Of a stretch of 64,000 bases of DNA, positions 36,591 to 46,115 are shown one piece after another. The position numbers and the translations under genes are program-made. Each line of letters begins with the position of its first letter. Positions within the stretch are counted from its first letter, which is position 1. Under the pieces are notes generated by a model, which saw nothing but the letters and a program-made list of their open reading frames with translations, was not told the origin of the DNA and ran no database searches. The stretch comes from Candidatus Moranbacteria bacterium RIFOXYA12_FULL_35_19 (lineage in GTDB: Bacteria; Patescibacteriota; Minisyncoccia; Moranbacterales; UBA2206): NCBI GenBank assembly GCA_001784805.1, contig MFSE01000021.1:4241-68240 (forward strand), written 5' to 3'.

Positions 36591-36663
36591 TGGACCCTAT
36601 CGGGCTCGAACCGATCACCCCCTGCTTGCAAAGCAGGTGCTCTACCAAATGAGCTAAGGGCCC
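36591..36663 (-). tRNA. tRNA-Ala (UGC) with G3:U70; CCA not encoded
   Basis: gggcccttagctcatttggtagagcacctgctTTGCaagcagggggtgatcggttcgagcccgatagggtcca; anticodon UGC. Confidence 0.9.
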
Positions 36664-36706
36664 AAATTTTCAAAACTATATTTTATTGTAAAGCAAAAAA
36701 ACAGTA

Positions 36707-36735
36707 TTGACAAGAGTATATACATAATATATAAT
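36707..36735 (+). promoter_or_regulatory. sigma70-type promoter for the secE-nusG-rplK-rplA cluster
   Basis: TTGACA-17 nt-TATAAT, followed by the hairpin aagcccggaggggctt in the leader. Confidence 0.6.
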
Positions 36736-36781
36736 CAAGTCAATAAAGAAAGCCCGGAGGGGCTTTTAAAAGACCCTAATT

Positions 36782-36967
36782 ATGAACAAGATATTAAATT
36801 TTTTGAAAGATGCCAAGGTGGAACTGACAAAAGTTAATTGGCCAACACGCAAAAAAACAATCAACTATACAATAATTGTAGTTGGTATTAGTTTGGCGGT
36901 GGCGGCGTTTTTAGGTGGACTGGATTATTTTTTTGGGTATTTACTTAAGATATTTATTTTAAAATAA
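36782..36967 (+). CDS. secE: preprotein translocase subunit SecE
   Basis: VELTKVNWPTRKK motif plus a single TM helix. Confidence 0.85.
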   Translation: MNKILNFLKDAKVELTKVNWPTRKKTINYTIIVVGISLAVAAFLGGLDYFFGYLLKIFILK

Positions 36968-36977
36968 TTATACAATT

Positions 36978-37523
36978 ATGGCAAAACAATCTCAACATCA
37001 TGGCCGAGCTTGGTATGTATTACATACTTACTCTGGCTATGAAGATAATGTATCAAGAAATTTGCGTCAAAGAATTGAATCAATGGATATGCAGGATTTA
37101 ATTTTTGATGTGATGGTGCCGATTGAAAAGAAAATTAAAATTAAAGCGGGAAAAAGAACAGTGGTAGAAGAAAAAATATACCCAGGGTATGTTTTGGTAG
37201 ATATGATAGTCACGGATGCTTCTTGGTATGTAGTTCGAAACACGCCAAATGTTACGGGTTTTATCGGACTAGGAACAACACCTACGCCTGTTGATCCGCG
37301 GGAAATTGAAACGCTCAAGAAAAGAATGGGTGTGGCGGAACCGAAATATAAAATTGATGTCAAATCAGGCGACTCGGTTAAGATTATTGATGGACCATTT
37401 AAGGAATTTGATGGCAAAGTGGATGAAGTCGATGAACAAAAAGGCCGAATCAAAGTGTTAGTTTCTATTTTCGGACGGGAAACGCCGGTCGAGTTGGACT
37501 TTTTGCAAATAAACAAGATATAA
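36978..37523 (+). CDS. nusG: transcription antiterminator NusG
   Basis: NGN domain WYVLHTYSGYE; C-terminal KOW GDSVKIIDGPFKEFDGKV. Confidence 0.9.
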   Translation: MAKQSQHHGRAWYVLHTYSGYEDNVSRNLRQRIESMDMQDLIFDVMVPIEKKIKIKAGKRTVVEEKIYPGYVLVDMIVTDASWYVVRNTPNVTGFIGLGTTPTPVDPREIETLKKRMGVAEPKYKIDVKSGDSVKIIDGPFKEFDGKVDEVDEQKGRIKVLVSIFGRETPVELDFLQINKI

Positions 37524-37600
37524 CAGAAAAATACAGAAAATAGCAGAACAACACAGAAAAATTCTGTGTCATTCTGTAGGATTCTGTGTAGCTCTGTGCA
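37523..37600. repeat. ACAGAAA-family hairpin element
   Basis: aacagaaaaatacagaaaatagcagaacaacacagaaaa / ttctgtgtcattctgtaggattctgtgtagctctgtg. Confidence 0.7.
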
Positions 37601-37606
37601 AATAAA

Positions 37607-38029
37607 ATGGCAAAGAAAATTAAGACAGTTATCAAGCTTCAAATTCAAGCGGGTAAAGCTAATCCGGCGCCTCCAGTTGGGCCAGCGTTAGGTCAACACG
37701 GATTAAATATCCAAGAATTTTGTGTTAAGTTTAATGAAGCGACCAAAGACAAAATGGGCGATATTATTCCAGCAGAAATTACGGTTTTTGAAGATCGAAC
37801 ATTTAGTTTTGTTTTGAAAACTCCTCCAGCTTCGGATCTTTTGCGAAAAGCGGCTGGCATTGAAAAAGGGGCGGGCAATCCTTTGAAAGATAAAGTGGGA
37901 ACAATTTCCAAAGCGAAACTGCGAGAAATAGCGGAAAAGAAAATGCCTGATCTAAATGCCGTGACAATCGAAGGCGCAGAAAAAATAATTGCTGGAACGG
38001 CGAGGAGTATGGGGATAAAAATTGAATAA
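37607..38029 (+). CDS. rplK: 50S ribosomal protein L11
   Basis: [34 protein letters not shown]. Confidence 0.95.
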   Translation: MAKKIKTVIKLQIQAGKANPAPPVGPALGQHGLNIQEFCVKFNEATKDKMGDIIPAEITVFEDRTFSFVLKTPPASDLLRKAAGIEKGAGNPLKDKVGTISKAKLREIAEKKMPDLNAVTIEGAEKIIAGTARSMGIKIE

Positions 38030-38032
38030 GCT

Positions 38033-38127
38033 CCTACAAAATTACAAAAACATACAAAAATACAAAAGTACAAAAAATTAGAATTTCGTAATTTTGTACT
38101 TTTGTAAAAATTTGTATTTTTGTAGGG
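38033..38127. repeat. TACAAAA-family hairpin element (pair partner at 38973-39066)
   Basis: acaaaattacaaaaacatacaaaaatacaaaagtacaaaa / gtacttttgtaaaaatttgtatttttgtagg. Confidence 0.75.
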
Positions 38128-38197
38128 TTATAAATATTAATTAAGTGGGAGAATCTAACTGTTTTAAAAAAGATTCATTATTACCACAGAAAACTAT

Positions 38198-38887
38198 ATG
38201 AAAAGAAGTAAAAAATATCGAGCAGTAGAAGAGAAAATTGACCGCAATAAAGTTTATTCTTTGGAAGAAGCGGTAAAGATTGTGAAAGAAAATAAAATTG
38301 CTAAGTTTGATGAGTCAATTGAAATTCACATAAAGACTAATGTTGACACAAAAAAAGGTGATCAGCAAATTCGTGGCACGGTGGAGCTTCCGCACGGAAC
38401 AGGAAAATCAAAAATAATCGCGGTGATCACTTCAACGCATGCTAAAGATGCCAAAGAGGCTGGTGCGGACATTGTCGAAGGCGAAGAATTTATCGAAAAG
38501 ATAAAATCCGGTAAAGCTTTTTCCGGTAAAGATAAATTTGATATTCTTGTGGCTACTCCCGAAATGATGCCAAAGTTGGCGCCTGTGGCCAAAATTCTTG
38601 GGCCAAAAGGTTTGATGCCAAATCCAAAAACTGAAACCGTAACCACTAAAATTAAGGAAACGGTCTTGGCTCTCAAAAAAGGCAAGGCAGCTTTCAAGAA
38701 TGATGATGGAGGTAACATTCATCAGACTGTGGGAAAAGTTTCTTTTGAGGATGCAAAATTAATTGAAAATATTAAAATTCTAATATCTAATATCGAAAAA
38801 TCTAAACCAGCAACTCTTAAAGGGAAACTAATTTCAGGAATAACTATTTGTTCAACGATGGGGGTAGGATTGAGAATTAGTATCTAG
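38198..38887 (+). CDS. rplA: 50S ribosomal protein L1
   Basis: Full-length L1 pattern (AVEEKIDRNKVYSLEEAVKIVKEN..., GTVELPHGTGK). Confidence 0.9.
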   Translation: MKRSKKYRAVEEKIDRNKVYSLEEAVKIVKENKIAKFDESIEIHIKTNVDTKKGDQQIRGTVELPHGTGKSKIIAVITSTHAKDAKEAGADIVEGEEFIEKIKSGKAFSGKDKFDILVATPEMMPKLAPVAKILGPKGLMPNPKTETVTTKIKETVLALKKGKAAFKNDDGGNIHQTVGKVSFEDAKLIENIKILISNIEKSKPATLKGKLISGITICSTMGVGLRISI

Positions 38888-38902
38888 TATTTAGAACAAA
38901 GG

Positions 38903-38925
38903 GCACTATTTAGTGCTTTTTGTAT
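38903..38925 (+). terminator. intrinsic terminator after rplA (gcacta-tt-tagtgc + ttttt)
   Basis: Stem-loop followed by a T-run. Confidence 0.5.
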
Positions 38926-38972
38926 TGACGAAAAACAATAAAACTGATAGAATTATTAGGTGTTTTTATCCA

Positions 38973-39066
38973 CTACAAAATTACAAAAACATACAAAAAT
39001 ACAAAAGTACAAAAAAGTAGAATTTTGTAATTTCGTAATTTTGTAAAAATTTGTATTTTTGTAGGT
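38973..39066. repeat. TACAAAA-family hairpin element (near-identical to 38033-38127)
   Basis: ctacaaaattacaaaaacatacaaaaatacaaaagtacaaaaaagtagaattttgtaatttcgtaattttgtaaaaatttgtatttttgtagg. Confidence 0.75.
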
Positions 39067-39074
39067 TCACAATT

Positions 39075-39641
39075 ATGTCAAGCAAAATAGTTATAGGGCT
39101 TATAGGAGAAAAAGGTTCTGGGAAAGGTACTGTTTCGGATTATCTGATTGAAAAATATGGCGCGATTCATTATGGAACTTCCAAGATTCTGCGGCGCACT
39201 TTGGAGGATTTACATGTTCCTGTCACTCGGGATAATTTAGTGAAACTTGCATTAGTGCTCAAGGAAGGTTATGGTCCGTCAATCATTATCGATTCTTTGA
39301 TAACGGATATGGAAAAAAATGGATCAGATATTATTATTGCCGATGGAATCAGAATGCACGGCGATGTCGAACCTTTTCGCAAAAAATACAAAAGGAATTT
39401 CTTTTTAGTTTATGTGACTGCTGATTTGAAATTGCGTTACGCGCGAACGAAAAAAAGAAAAGAAAAAGATGGAGAGGATAAAACTACTTTCGAGCAATTT
39501 CTTGAAGAGGAAGGCAAGCTTACCGAAGTTTCTATTCATGAAATTGGAAGAAGCGCAGAATTCAAAATGAATAACAACGGTACAGCCGAAGAACTCAAGG
39601 CGCAAGTGGATAAAATGATAAAAAAGATAAAAACTCACTAA
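39075..39641 (+). CDS. P-loop nucleoside/nucleotide kinase family protein (dephospho-CoA kinase / dNMP kinase-like)
   Basis: IVIGLIGEKGSGKGTV Walker A; small alpha/beta kinase size; start taken at MSSKIV (39075) rather than inside the hairpin. Confidence 0.5.
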   Translation: MSSKIVIGLIGEKGSGKGTVSDYLIEKYGAIHYGTSKILRRTLEDLHVPVTRDNLVKLALVLKEGYGPSIIIDSLITDMEKNGSDIIIADGIRMHGDVEPFRKKYKRNFFLVYVTADLKLRYARTKKRKEKDGEDKTTFEQFLEEEGKLTEVSIHEIGRSAEFKMNNNGTAEELKAQVDKMIKKIKTH

Positions 39642-39792
39642 TTCTAGCTAAGCAAAAGCTAAAAAAAGTGGGTAAAGCATTAAAATAATAAAGAATAAAT
39701 TAAGGCAAATGTCAAATTTGCTTTTTTTTGACGAACATTTTTTTAGGTGATAATATGAATAAAGAGTTCTCTTTATTTTTTCACTTTAACCA

Positions 39793-40317
39793 ATGGAATA
39801 TGAGGAGGGGAATATGAAGGATATTCTTTGTCCAAGAGAAAAAATAATATTAAGCCCAAGTGAATTGAAGCATAAGCTGGATTTTTTTAGAAAACTTGGA
39901 GCGAAAATTTGTTTAACAACTGGGGCGTTTGATATCCTTCATGAAGGACATCTGAAGTATTTTCTTGAAGCTAAAAAATACGGAGATGCTCTTGTTGTGG
40001 GGGTTGATTCAGACATTTTTGTAAAAAAACAAAAAGGAGAAGGGAGGCCAGTTAATAAACAGGAGAATAGAGAATTTGTTGTGGCTGGATTTGGGTGTGT
40101 GGATTTAGTCACAAGAAGAGATGATATTATGGATTTGATACGAATAATTAGGCCAGATTATTTTATCAGATCTAAAACCACAGCAGCTGATATTGAAGGA
40201 AGGCAGGATTGTGTTTGGGTAAAAGAAAATTGCGGGCAAGTAATTATTCTTGACCCAATGTCAGAAAATCACACCTCTCGGATTATTGAAATTGTGCAGA
40301 GGAGCAAAGGGGTATAG
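39793..40317 (+). CDS. cytidylyl/adenylyltransferase (HxGH nucleotidyltransferase) family protein
   Basis: TGAFDILHEGHLKYF (HxGH); small alpha/beta NT fold as in TagD/RfaE-II/PPAT. Confidence 0.65.
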   Translation: MEYEEGNMKDILCPREKIILSPSELKHKLDFFRKLGAKICLTTGAFDILHEGHLKYFLEAKKYGDALVVGVDSDIFVKKQKGEGRPVNKQENREFVVAGFGCVDLVTRRDDIMDLIRIIRPDYFIRSKTTAADIEGRQDCVWVKENCGQVIILDPMSENHTSRIIEIVQRSKGV

Positions 40318-40343
40318 GGGAGCTTAAATATTTAAGCTCCCCA
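40317..40343 (+). terminator. perfect 13-bp palindrome hairpin (ggggagcttaaata/tatttaagctcccc)
   Basis: Immediately after the 39793-40317 gene. Confidence 0.4.
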
Positions 40344-40356
40344 ACCAACATAATTT

Positions 40357-40836
40357 ATGAAAATATTTGAACCAAGCAGAGCTATTTACAGAAAAAAAAC
40401 AAGTAGAATTAAAATTTGTGAATTTTGTAATTTAAAAAATATAAAAAAACAAGAAAGTAAATTTCTATCGGGGAAATACTGGAGAGTTTTAGTCAACCTG
40501 TATCCATATATGGATGGAAATTTAATGCTTATTCCCAAAAGACATATTATAGATACGAACGAACTGAATAGCGACGAAAAGGCGGAATTTTTTGAAGTTT
40601 TAGAAAAGACAAAAAATAAACTAGGGAAAATATTTAAGACAAAAGATTTTAATATTGGTTTGAATTTAGGTAGAAATGCAGGTGCATCAATCGAGCATTT
40701 GCATTGGCAAATAATTCCTAGAAAGTTTAAAATTGAAAATGCGAGTAACATTTTCGCTGATATTCAAATTATGACGATGCTCCCAGGGGAGTTTAAAAAA
40801 ATATTAGATGCAGAAATTAATTTAAGAAATAATTAA
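40357..40836 (+). CDS. HIT family hydrolase
   Basis: Histidine-triad EHLHWQIIP. Confidence 0.75.
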   Translation: MKIFEPSRAIYRKKTSRIKICEFCNLKNIKKQESKFLSGKYWRVLVNLYPYMDGNLMLIPKRHIIDTNELNSDEKAEFFEVLEKTKNKLGKIFKTKDFNIGLNLGRNAGASIEHLHWQIIPRKFKIENASNIFADIQIMTMLPGEFKKILDAEINLRNN

Positions 40837-40847
40837 TAAATAAAAAT

Positions 40848-41402
40848 ATGGTAGATAAAAACAACCCGAAAACAAAAAGAACGAGTTGGGACGAAACTTT
40901 TATAAATTTGGCTATTATGGTTTCAAAAAGAGCCGCTTGTAAATTTCATGAAACAGGTTGTGTTTTTGTGGACAATAATCACAGGATTATTTCTATGGGA
41001 TATAACGGTCCGACTGAAGGAGATTATCATTGTATTGATGTTGGATGTGCCAAAATAGATGGTGATCCAAAAACTAAAAAACTCAAAAGATGTCGAGGGG
41101 CGCATGCTGAAATTAATGGAATAATAAATGCTCAAGATAGTCGAAGATTAAAAGGCGCTACTTTATATAGCGTCTTATCTCCTTGCTATGATTGTATGAA
41201 AGCGCTCAATAATGTTGGAATTAAGGAGATTGTTTATTATAAAGGTTATGAAAGAATTCAGACAGGCGGGGAAAAGAAAGAAGAAGAAGATGAATCTCTT
41301 GAATTAGCTGAGAAAAGAGGAATAAAAATTAGGAAATATGAAGGCAGAGTACTTTTAAAAGAGGATAATGTAGGAAATTCATGCGTTTGCCCTAATTGTT
41401 AA
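40848..41402 (+). CDS. dCMP deaminase (cytidine/deoxycytidylate deaminase family)
   Basis: Zinc-binding HAEINGI and PCYDCMKAL motifs. Confidence 0.8.
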   Translation: MVDKNNPKTKRTSWDETFINLAIMVSKRAACKFHETGCVFVDNNHRIISMGYNGPTEGDYHCIDVGCAKIDGDPKTKKLKRCRGAHAEINGIINAQDSRRLKGATLYSVLSPCYDCMKALNNVGIKEIVYYKGYERIQTGGEKKEEEDESLELAEKRGIKIRKYEGRVLLKEDNVGNSCVCPNC

Positions 41403-41423
41403 TTTAATTTAATTTAATTTTTT

Positions 41424-42422
41424 ATGGAACAAAATAAAAAACATCCAGAATATCAATATTTAGATTTAATGCGTGACTTAATTGATCATGGAGCAGAGCA
41501 AGTTGATGCTGGAACCGGAGTTAAGACCTATAGTTTATTTGGTAGACAGTTACGCTTTGATTTGAATGAGGGTTTCCCATTATTAACAACAAAAAAAGTT
41601 TTTTGGAAAGGTGTTCTGTATGAACTCTATTGGTTTGCATCAGGACAATCTAATATAAAATATTTAGTAAATAATAATATCCATATTTGGGATGATTATC
41701 CTTTTAGAATTTATATGGAAAAAATGGAAAAGGGCGAGGAGCCAGAAATGACAAAAGATGAGTTTATAGAAAAAATAGCTAAGGATGATGAATTTGCAAA
41801 AAAACATGGAAATTTACCACATGTTTATGGAGATATGTGGAGAAATTGGCCGGCAAAAAATGGAAGAAAAATTGACCAGCTACAATGGATGATTGATAAT
41901 GTCAGAAAAGATAAAAGCACACATAGTGCACTTCTAAATGTTTGGAATCCAGAATATTTATATGATATGGCATTAAAAGAGGAAGCTTGCAGATTCCCAA
42001 TTTGTCACAATATGTTTCAAATTAATGTAAATAATGGGAAATTATCCTTACAACTTTATCAAAGAACAGCTGATATTTTTCTTGGAGTACCTTTTAATAT
42101 CGCCAGTTATGCTCTTTTGGCAATGATTATTGCCCAAATAACCGGATATGAATTAGGTGAATTTATTCATACATTTGGTGATGTTCATATTTATGAAGAT
42201 CATTTTGCTGCCGCCAGAGAACAACTCGAAAGAGACCCTCGTAATTTTCCTAAAGTAAAAATTGATTCATCTATTAAAGAAATTGATGATTTTACTCCTG
42301 ATAAAGTAGAGCTTATTAATTATGATTCCCACGAATCTATAAAAGCACCTCTTTCTCCAACTGGAGGAATTGTTACAGATAGCTGGAAAAAATTTGTTCA
42401 AGATGCTAAAAATAAAAAATAA
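41424..42422 (+). CDS. thyA: thymidylate synthase (ThyA type)
   Basis: FPICHNMFQ (catalytic Cys), RTADIFLGVPFNIASYALL, DVHIYEDH. Confidence 0.9.
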   Translation: MEQNKKHPEYQYLDLMRDLIDHGAEQVDAGTGVKTYSLFGRQLRFDLNEGFPLLTTKKVFWKGVLYELYWFASGQSNIKYLVNNNIHIWDDYPFRIYMEKMEKGEEPEMTKDEFIEKIAKDDEFAKKHGNLPHVYGDMWRNWPAKNGRKIDQLQWMIDNVRKDKSTHSALLNVWNPEYLYDMALKEEACRFPICHNMFQINVNNGKLSLQLYQRTADIFLGVPFNIASYALLAMIIAQITGYELGEFIHTFGDVHIYEDHFAAAREQLERDPRNFPKVKIDSSIKEIDDFTPDKVELINYDSHESIKAPLSPTGGIVTDSWKKFVQDAKNKK

Positions 42423-42425
42423 ATT

Positions 42426-42896
42426 ATGATTTCAATGATTTGTGCGATTGGAAAAAATCGCGAAATAGGTTTTCGGAATAAGTTACTTTGGAATTTACCG
42501 GAAGATATGAAACATTTTGTTCAAGTTACTTCTAATCATACCGTGATTATGGGTGAAAAAACTTTTCAATCTATTGGAAAACCGTTGCCTAATAGAAAGA
42601 ATATTGTTGTGAGTTTGAGCAAAGATTTTCAAGCACCAGGCTGTGAGATTAGCAATGATCTTTTCGCGGTTCTGAATAAATATAAAAATGTTGAAGAAGA
42701 AGTTTTTGTTATCGGTGGCGGAATGATTTATAAGTTATCTTTACCTATGGCGGATAAATTATATTTAACATTAGTAGATGATGCTCCAGAAGCTGACACA
42801 TTTTTTCCAGATTATTCGGAATTTAGGAATATTTTAAAAAAAGAAGAAATTAATAATGGAAAATATAAATTTAAATTTATAGAATTAATAAAATAA
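42426..42896 (+). CDS. folA: dihydrofolate reductase
   Basis: MISMICAIGKNREIGF...LLWNLPEDMKHF...VIMGEKTFQSIGKPLPNRKNIVVS. Confidence 0.85.
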   Translation: MISMICAIGKNREIGFRNKLLWNLPEDMKHFVQVTSNHTVIMGEKTFQSIGKPLPNRKNIVVSLSKDFQAPGCEISNDLFAVLNKYKNVEEEVFVIGGGMIYKLSLPMADKLYLTLVDDAPEADTFFPDYSEFRNILKKEEINNGKYKFKFIELIK

Positions 42897-42903
42897 AAAA
42901 ATT

Positions 42904-43572
42904 ATGAAATACGAAGTTGAAATTAAAAGTCTTTTACAGACAGAAGAAAATGCTCAAAAACTTAGAGATAAGTTAGCTGAGCAAGGTATTAAGTTATCAA
43001 ATAAATATAAGCAGCTGAATCATTATTTTTTGAATGACGGAGATTTTTCTAAATTAGAAGAAAAGCTTTTGTCGCTCTTTGATAATGAGAAAAAAGAAAA
43101 ATTAAAAAAAATATTAGAAGAAGGAAAAGAACATTCACTTAGAACTAGAGAAATGAATGGAGAAGCTTTTTTTGTAGTCAAAGCTTCTGTCGATGACACA
43201 ACTTCATCGAATGGAATTTTGCGAATGGAGTTTGAAGAAGGAGTGGAAATTTCCTTGGACGAGCTAAACAAAATTTTGGAAGATGCGGGTTTTAGTTATC
43301 AAGCTAAGTGGTCTCGAGAAAGAGAAGAATACGGGAAAGATGATTTCTATATTACGATTGATAAAAATGCAGGATACGGTTATCTTTCAGAATTTGAAAT
43401 TCAAACAGAAGTGCAAGAAAAATTAGATGAAACAAAACAAAAAATTATGGATTTTATGGGGGAACTTGGACTTAAAGAACTTTCTCAAGATAGGCTTGAG
43501 CGAATGTTTGAGTTTTACAATAAGAATTGGCGAGATTATTATGGGACAGAAAAAGTTTTTAATATAGAATAA
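42904..43572 (+). CDS. CYTH-domain (triphosphate tunnel metalloenzyme) family protein, putative
   Basis: N-terminal EVEIK (ExExK) signature plus downstream acidic residues. Confidence 0.4.
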   Translation: MKYEVEIKSLLQTEENAQKLRDKLAEQGIKLSNKYKQLNHYFLNDGDFSKLEEKLLSLFDNEKKEKLKKILEEGKEHSLRTREMNGEAFFVVKASVDDTTSSNGILRMEFEEGVEISLDELNKILEDAGFSYQAKWSREREEYGKDDFYITIDKNAGYGYLSEFEIQTEVQEKLDETKQKIMDFMGELGLKELSQDRLERMFEFYNKNWRDYYGTEKVFNIE

Positions 43573-43617
43573 GAGAAGAGTTAGAAAATAATTATTAGAG
43601 ATATTTGTGCTATATTA

Positions 43618-45102
43618 GTGCAAATTAGCGATCCTATGAAGTATACTCCCGTTATCGGCATGGAAATCCATGTTGAGCTAAAAACTAAATCGAAAATGTT
43701 TTGTCAGTGTAAAAATGGTTTGGGGCTTGAAAAAAAGCCAAATATTGATATTTGTCCTGTTTGTACGGCGCAACCAGGAACACTGCCGGTGCCAAACATT
43801 CAAGCAATTGAATTTGTTCAGTTGGCTGGTTTGGCGTTGGGTTGCAATTTGCGTCAAATTTCAAAGTTTGATCGTAAGAACTATTTTTATCCGGATATTC
43901 CCAAGGGCTATCAAATTTCTCAATATGATCAACCATTCTGCGAAAAAGGAAAATTGAAAATAAATGACAAAGAAATTGGGATCACTCGCATTCATCTCGA
44001 AGAAGACACGGGAAAATTAATTCATCCAAAAGGAGTAGAATATACTCTAGTGGATTTTAATCGGGCGGGAGTACCACTGATGGAGCTGGTGACGGAACCA
44101 GACATTGAAACGGGCGAAGAAGCGCGAATTTTTTGTCAAAAATTGCAACAGATTTGTCGCTATTTGGAAATTTCTGATGCCGACATGGAAAAAGGTAATA
44201 TGCGTTGTGAAGCCAATATTTCACTTTATAAAGAAGGTGAGGAAAAATTATCAGGTACGAAAGTGGAAGTGAAAAATATCAATTCATTTAAGTTTGTGGA
44301 AAAAGCCATCAATTTTGAAATAGAAAGGCAAACAGAACTTTTGGATAAAGGTGAGAAGATTGTTCAAGAAACTCGCGGATGGGATGCGAACAAGGGCGAA
44401 ACAATTTCGCAGCGAAAAAAAGAATCGGCGCATGACTATCGCTATTTTCCGGAACCAGATATTCCGCCGTTTAGTTTCGATGAAGAATATATAAATGATC
44501 TAAAAAGAAAATTACCAGAATTGCCGGCGCAAAAAGAAGAAAGATTTCGAAAGGAATATAATCTTCCCGCAGGCGATGTGGATGTTTTAACGAATGATAA
44601 AGATTTGGCTGAATATTTCGAACAAGTCGTAAGTGAGATTAAAGAAAAGATAAAATGTAAAGAATATGAATGTGTTGAAGACAAAGCAATAAAATTATCC
44701 GCTAATTATGTGATAACAGAGCTTAGAAAATATATGGTTTTGGAAAATCACAAAATTCAAGATCTGAAAATTACGCCAGAAAATTATGCGGAACTAATTT
44801 GTATTGTCGCAGGGGGAAAAATAAATTCCAGCGCGGCGCAAGCAGTGCTTGCCGAAATGTATAAAACAGGAGGGGACCCCTCACAAATTATCGAAGAAAA
44901 AAATTTGGCGCAAATGGATAATTCAGAAGAGCTGGAAAAAGTTATTGATGAATTATTGGCTAAAAATGAAAAATCAGTCGCTGATTTCAAGTCCGGCAAG
45001 GAAAACGCACTAAAATTTTTAATTGGGCAAACTATGGCGATGACAAAAGGCAAAGCTAATCCGCAAATAGTGCAGGAAATAATTAAGAAAAAACTAATTT
45101 AA
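43618..45102 (+). CDS. gatB: Asp-tRNA(Asn)/Glu-tRNA(Gln) amidotransferase subunit B
   Basis: VIGMEIHVELKTKSKMFC N-terminus and full-length GatB pattern. Confidence 0.9.
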   Translation: MQISDPMKYTPVIGMEIHVELKTKSKMFCQCKNGLGLEKKPNIDICPVCTAQPGTLPVPNIQAIEFVQLAGLALGCNLRQISKFDRKNYFYPDIPKGYQISQYDQPFCEKGKLKINDKEIGITRIHLEEDTGKLIHPKGVEYTLVDFNRAGVPLMELVTEPDIETGEEARIFCQKLQQICRYLEISDADMEKGNMRCEANISLYKEGEEKLSGTKVEVKNINSFKFVEKAINFEIERQTELLDKGEKIVQETRGWDANKGETISQRKKESAHDYRYFPEPDIPPFSFDEEYINDLKRKLPELPAQKEERFRKEYNLPAGDVDVLTNDKDLAEYFEQVVSEIKEKIKCKEYECVEDKAIKLSANYVITELRKYMVLENHKIQDLKITPENYAELICIVAGGKINSSAAQAVLAEMYKTGGDPSQIIEEKNLAQMDNSEELEKVIDELLAKNEKSVADFKSGKENALKFLIGQTMAMTKGKANPQIVQEIIKKKLI

Positions 45103-46110
45103 AAACTTTTTCACTTCTTTTTCTACATCCTTGTATTTCGGAAGCCAAATTATTCTTTTGTCTTTTTGAAACCAAGTCATTTGGCGCTTGGCGTAATTTT
45201 TTTCGGCGAGATAAATTTGTTCAAATAGTTCCCTGTTAAATACGGCTTCGCCTGTTTCGCTTCGCTCAAATTTAACAGGGTAAACCTCTTTGCGTAAATA
45301 TTCCGAGATTATCTTATAACCTAAACCGAAACTTTCCAATCTTTTCCAGCTGATTTTATTTTCGAAATGTAATTTTTTAACTTCCTTGATCATGCCTGCG
45401 AAGAATCTTTGCTTCAATCTTTTTTGGATATTCTGATAAAGTTTTTCTTTGGGGAGGTTGATTCCTATTTGTAGTGTTTCGTACTTTCGTTTATTTCGTA
45501 GTTCGTAAATGCTAGGGATTTTGCCGATACTTTTACAAATTTCAATAGCGCGAATGAGACGGACTGGATTTTTGGCGTCAATATTTTTTGCGCGAACCGA
45601 ATCTAATTTTTTTAGCATCTGGAATAATTTTTTGGCTGAATAATTATGTAATTTATTACGTAATTCCCAATCTGGTGCAACTTCTGGATAAATGACATTA
45701 TCAACCAGTGCTTTTATCCAAAAGCCGGTGCCACCACAAATAATCGGGATTTTCTCGCGCCCTAGAATATCTTTGATTATTTTGTCAGCATACTTTTTGA
45801 ATTTAGCCGAATTATATTCGGTCTTTGGACTTATAATGTCAATACCGTAATGAGGAATTCTTTCTGAGTAAAAAGTTCCCCCCTCTCTGTCGCGAGTACG
45901 CGACATCTCTCCCAAAGGGAGAGAGGGATATGAATTATCTTTTTCAATTTTTCCAGTACCAACATTCATGCCACGATAAATTTGGCGAGAATCCGCACTA
46001 ATTATTTCTCCGTTAAATTTTTTGGCAAGTTTAATTGCCACAGCTGATTTGCCAGATGAGGTTGGACCGAGAATAACAATTATTTTATTGTTTGCATAAG
46101 ATTCGCGCAT
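45094..46110 (-). CDS. miaA: tRNA dimethylallyltransferase, with in-frame repeat-element insertions
   Basis: IVILGPTSSGKSAVAIKLA P-loop, ADSRQIYRGMNVGT; insertion PSLPLGEMSRTRDREGG encoded by the GC palindrome. Confidence 0.9.
   Translation of the reverse strand: MRESYANNKIIVILGPTSSGKSAVAIKLAKKFNGEIISADSRQIYRGMNVGTGKIEKDNSYPSLPLGEMSRTRDREGGTFYSERIPHYGIDIISPKTEYNSAKFKKYADKIIKDILGREKIPIICGGTGFWIKALVDNVIYPEVAPDWELRNKLHNYSAKKLFQMLKKLDSVRAKNIDAKNPVRLIRAIEICKSIGKIPSIYELRNKRKYETLQIGINLPKEKLYQNIQKRLKQRFFAGMIKEVKKLHFENKISWKRLESFGLGYKIISEYLRKEVYPVKFERSETGEAVFNRELFEQIYLAEKNYAKRQMTWFQKDKRIIWLPKYKDVEKEVKKFLN
45478..45515. repeat. TACGAAA-family half-element inside the miaA coding sequence
   Basis: gtttcgtactttcgtttatttcgtagttcgtaaa matches the repeat consensus gtttcgtatttcgcttatttcgtagttcgtaa; encodes SIYELRNKRKYET. 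Confidence 0.7.
45878..45927. repeat. GC-rich compound palindromic element (family 1) in-frame in miaA
   Basis: cccccctctctgtcgcgagtacgcgacatctctcccaaagggagagaggg; about 22 extra residues relative to E. coli MiaA between GTGK and HYGIDI. Confidence 0.8.
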
Positions 46111-46115
46111 TTGTA

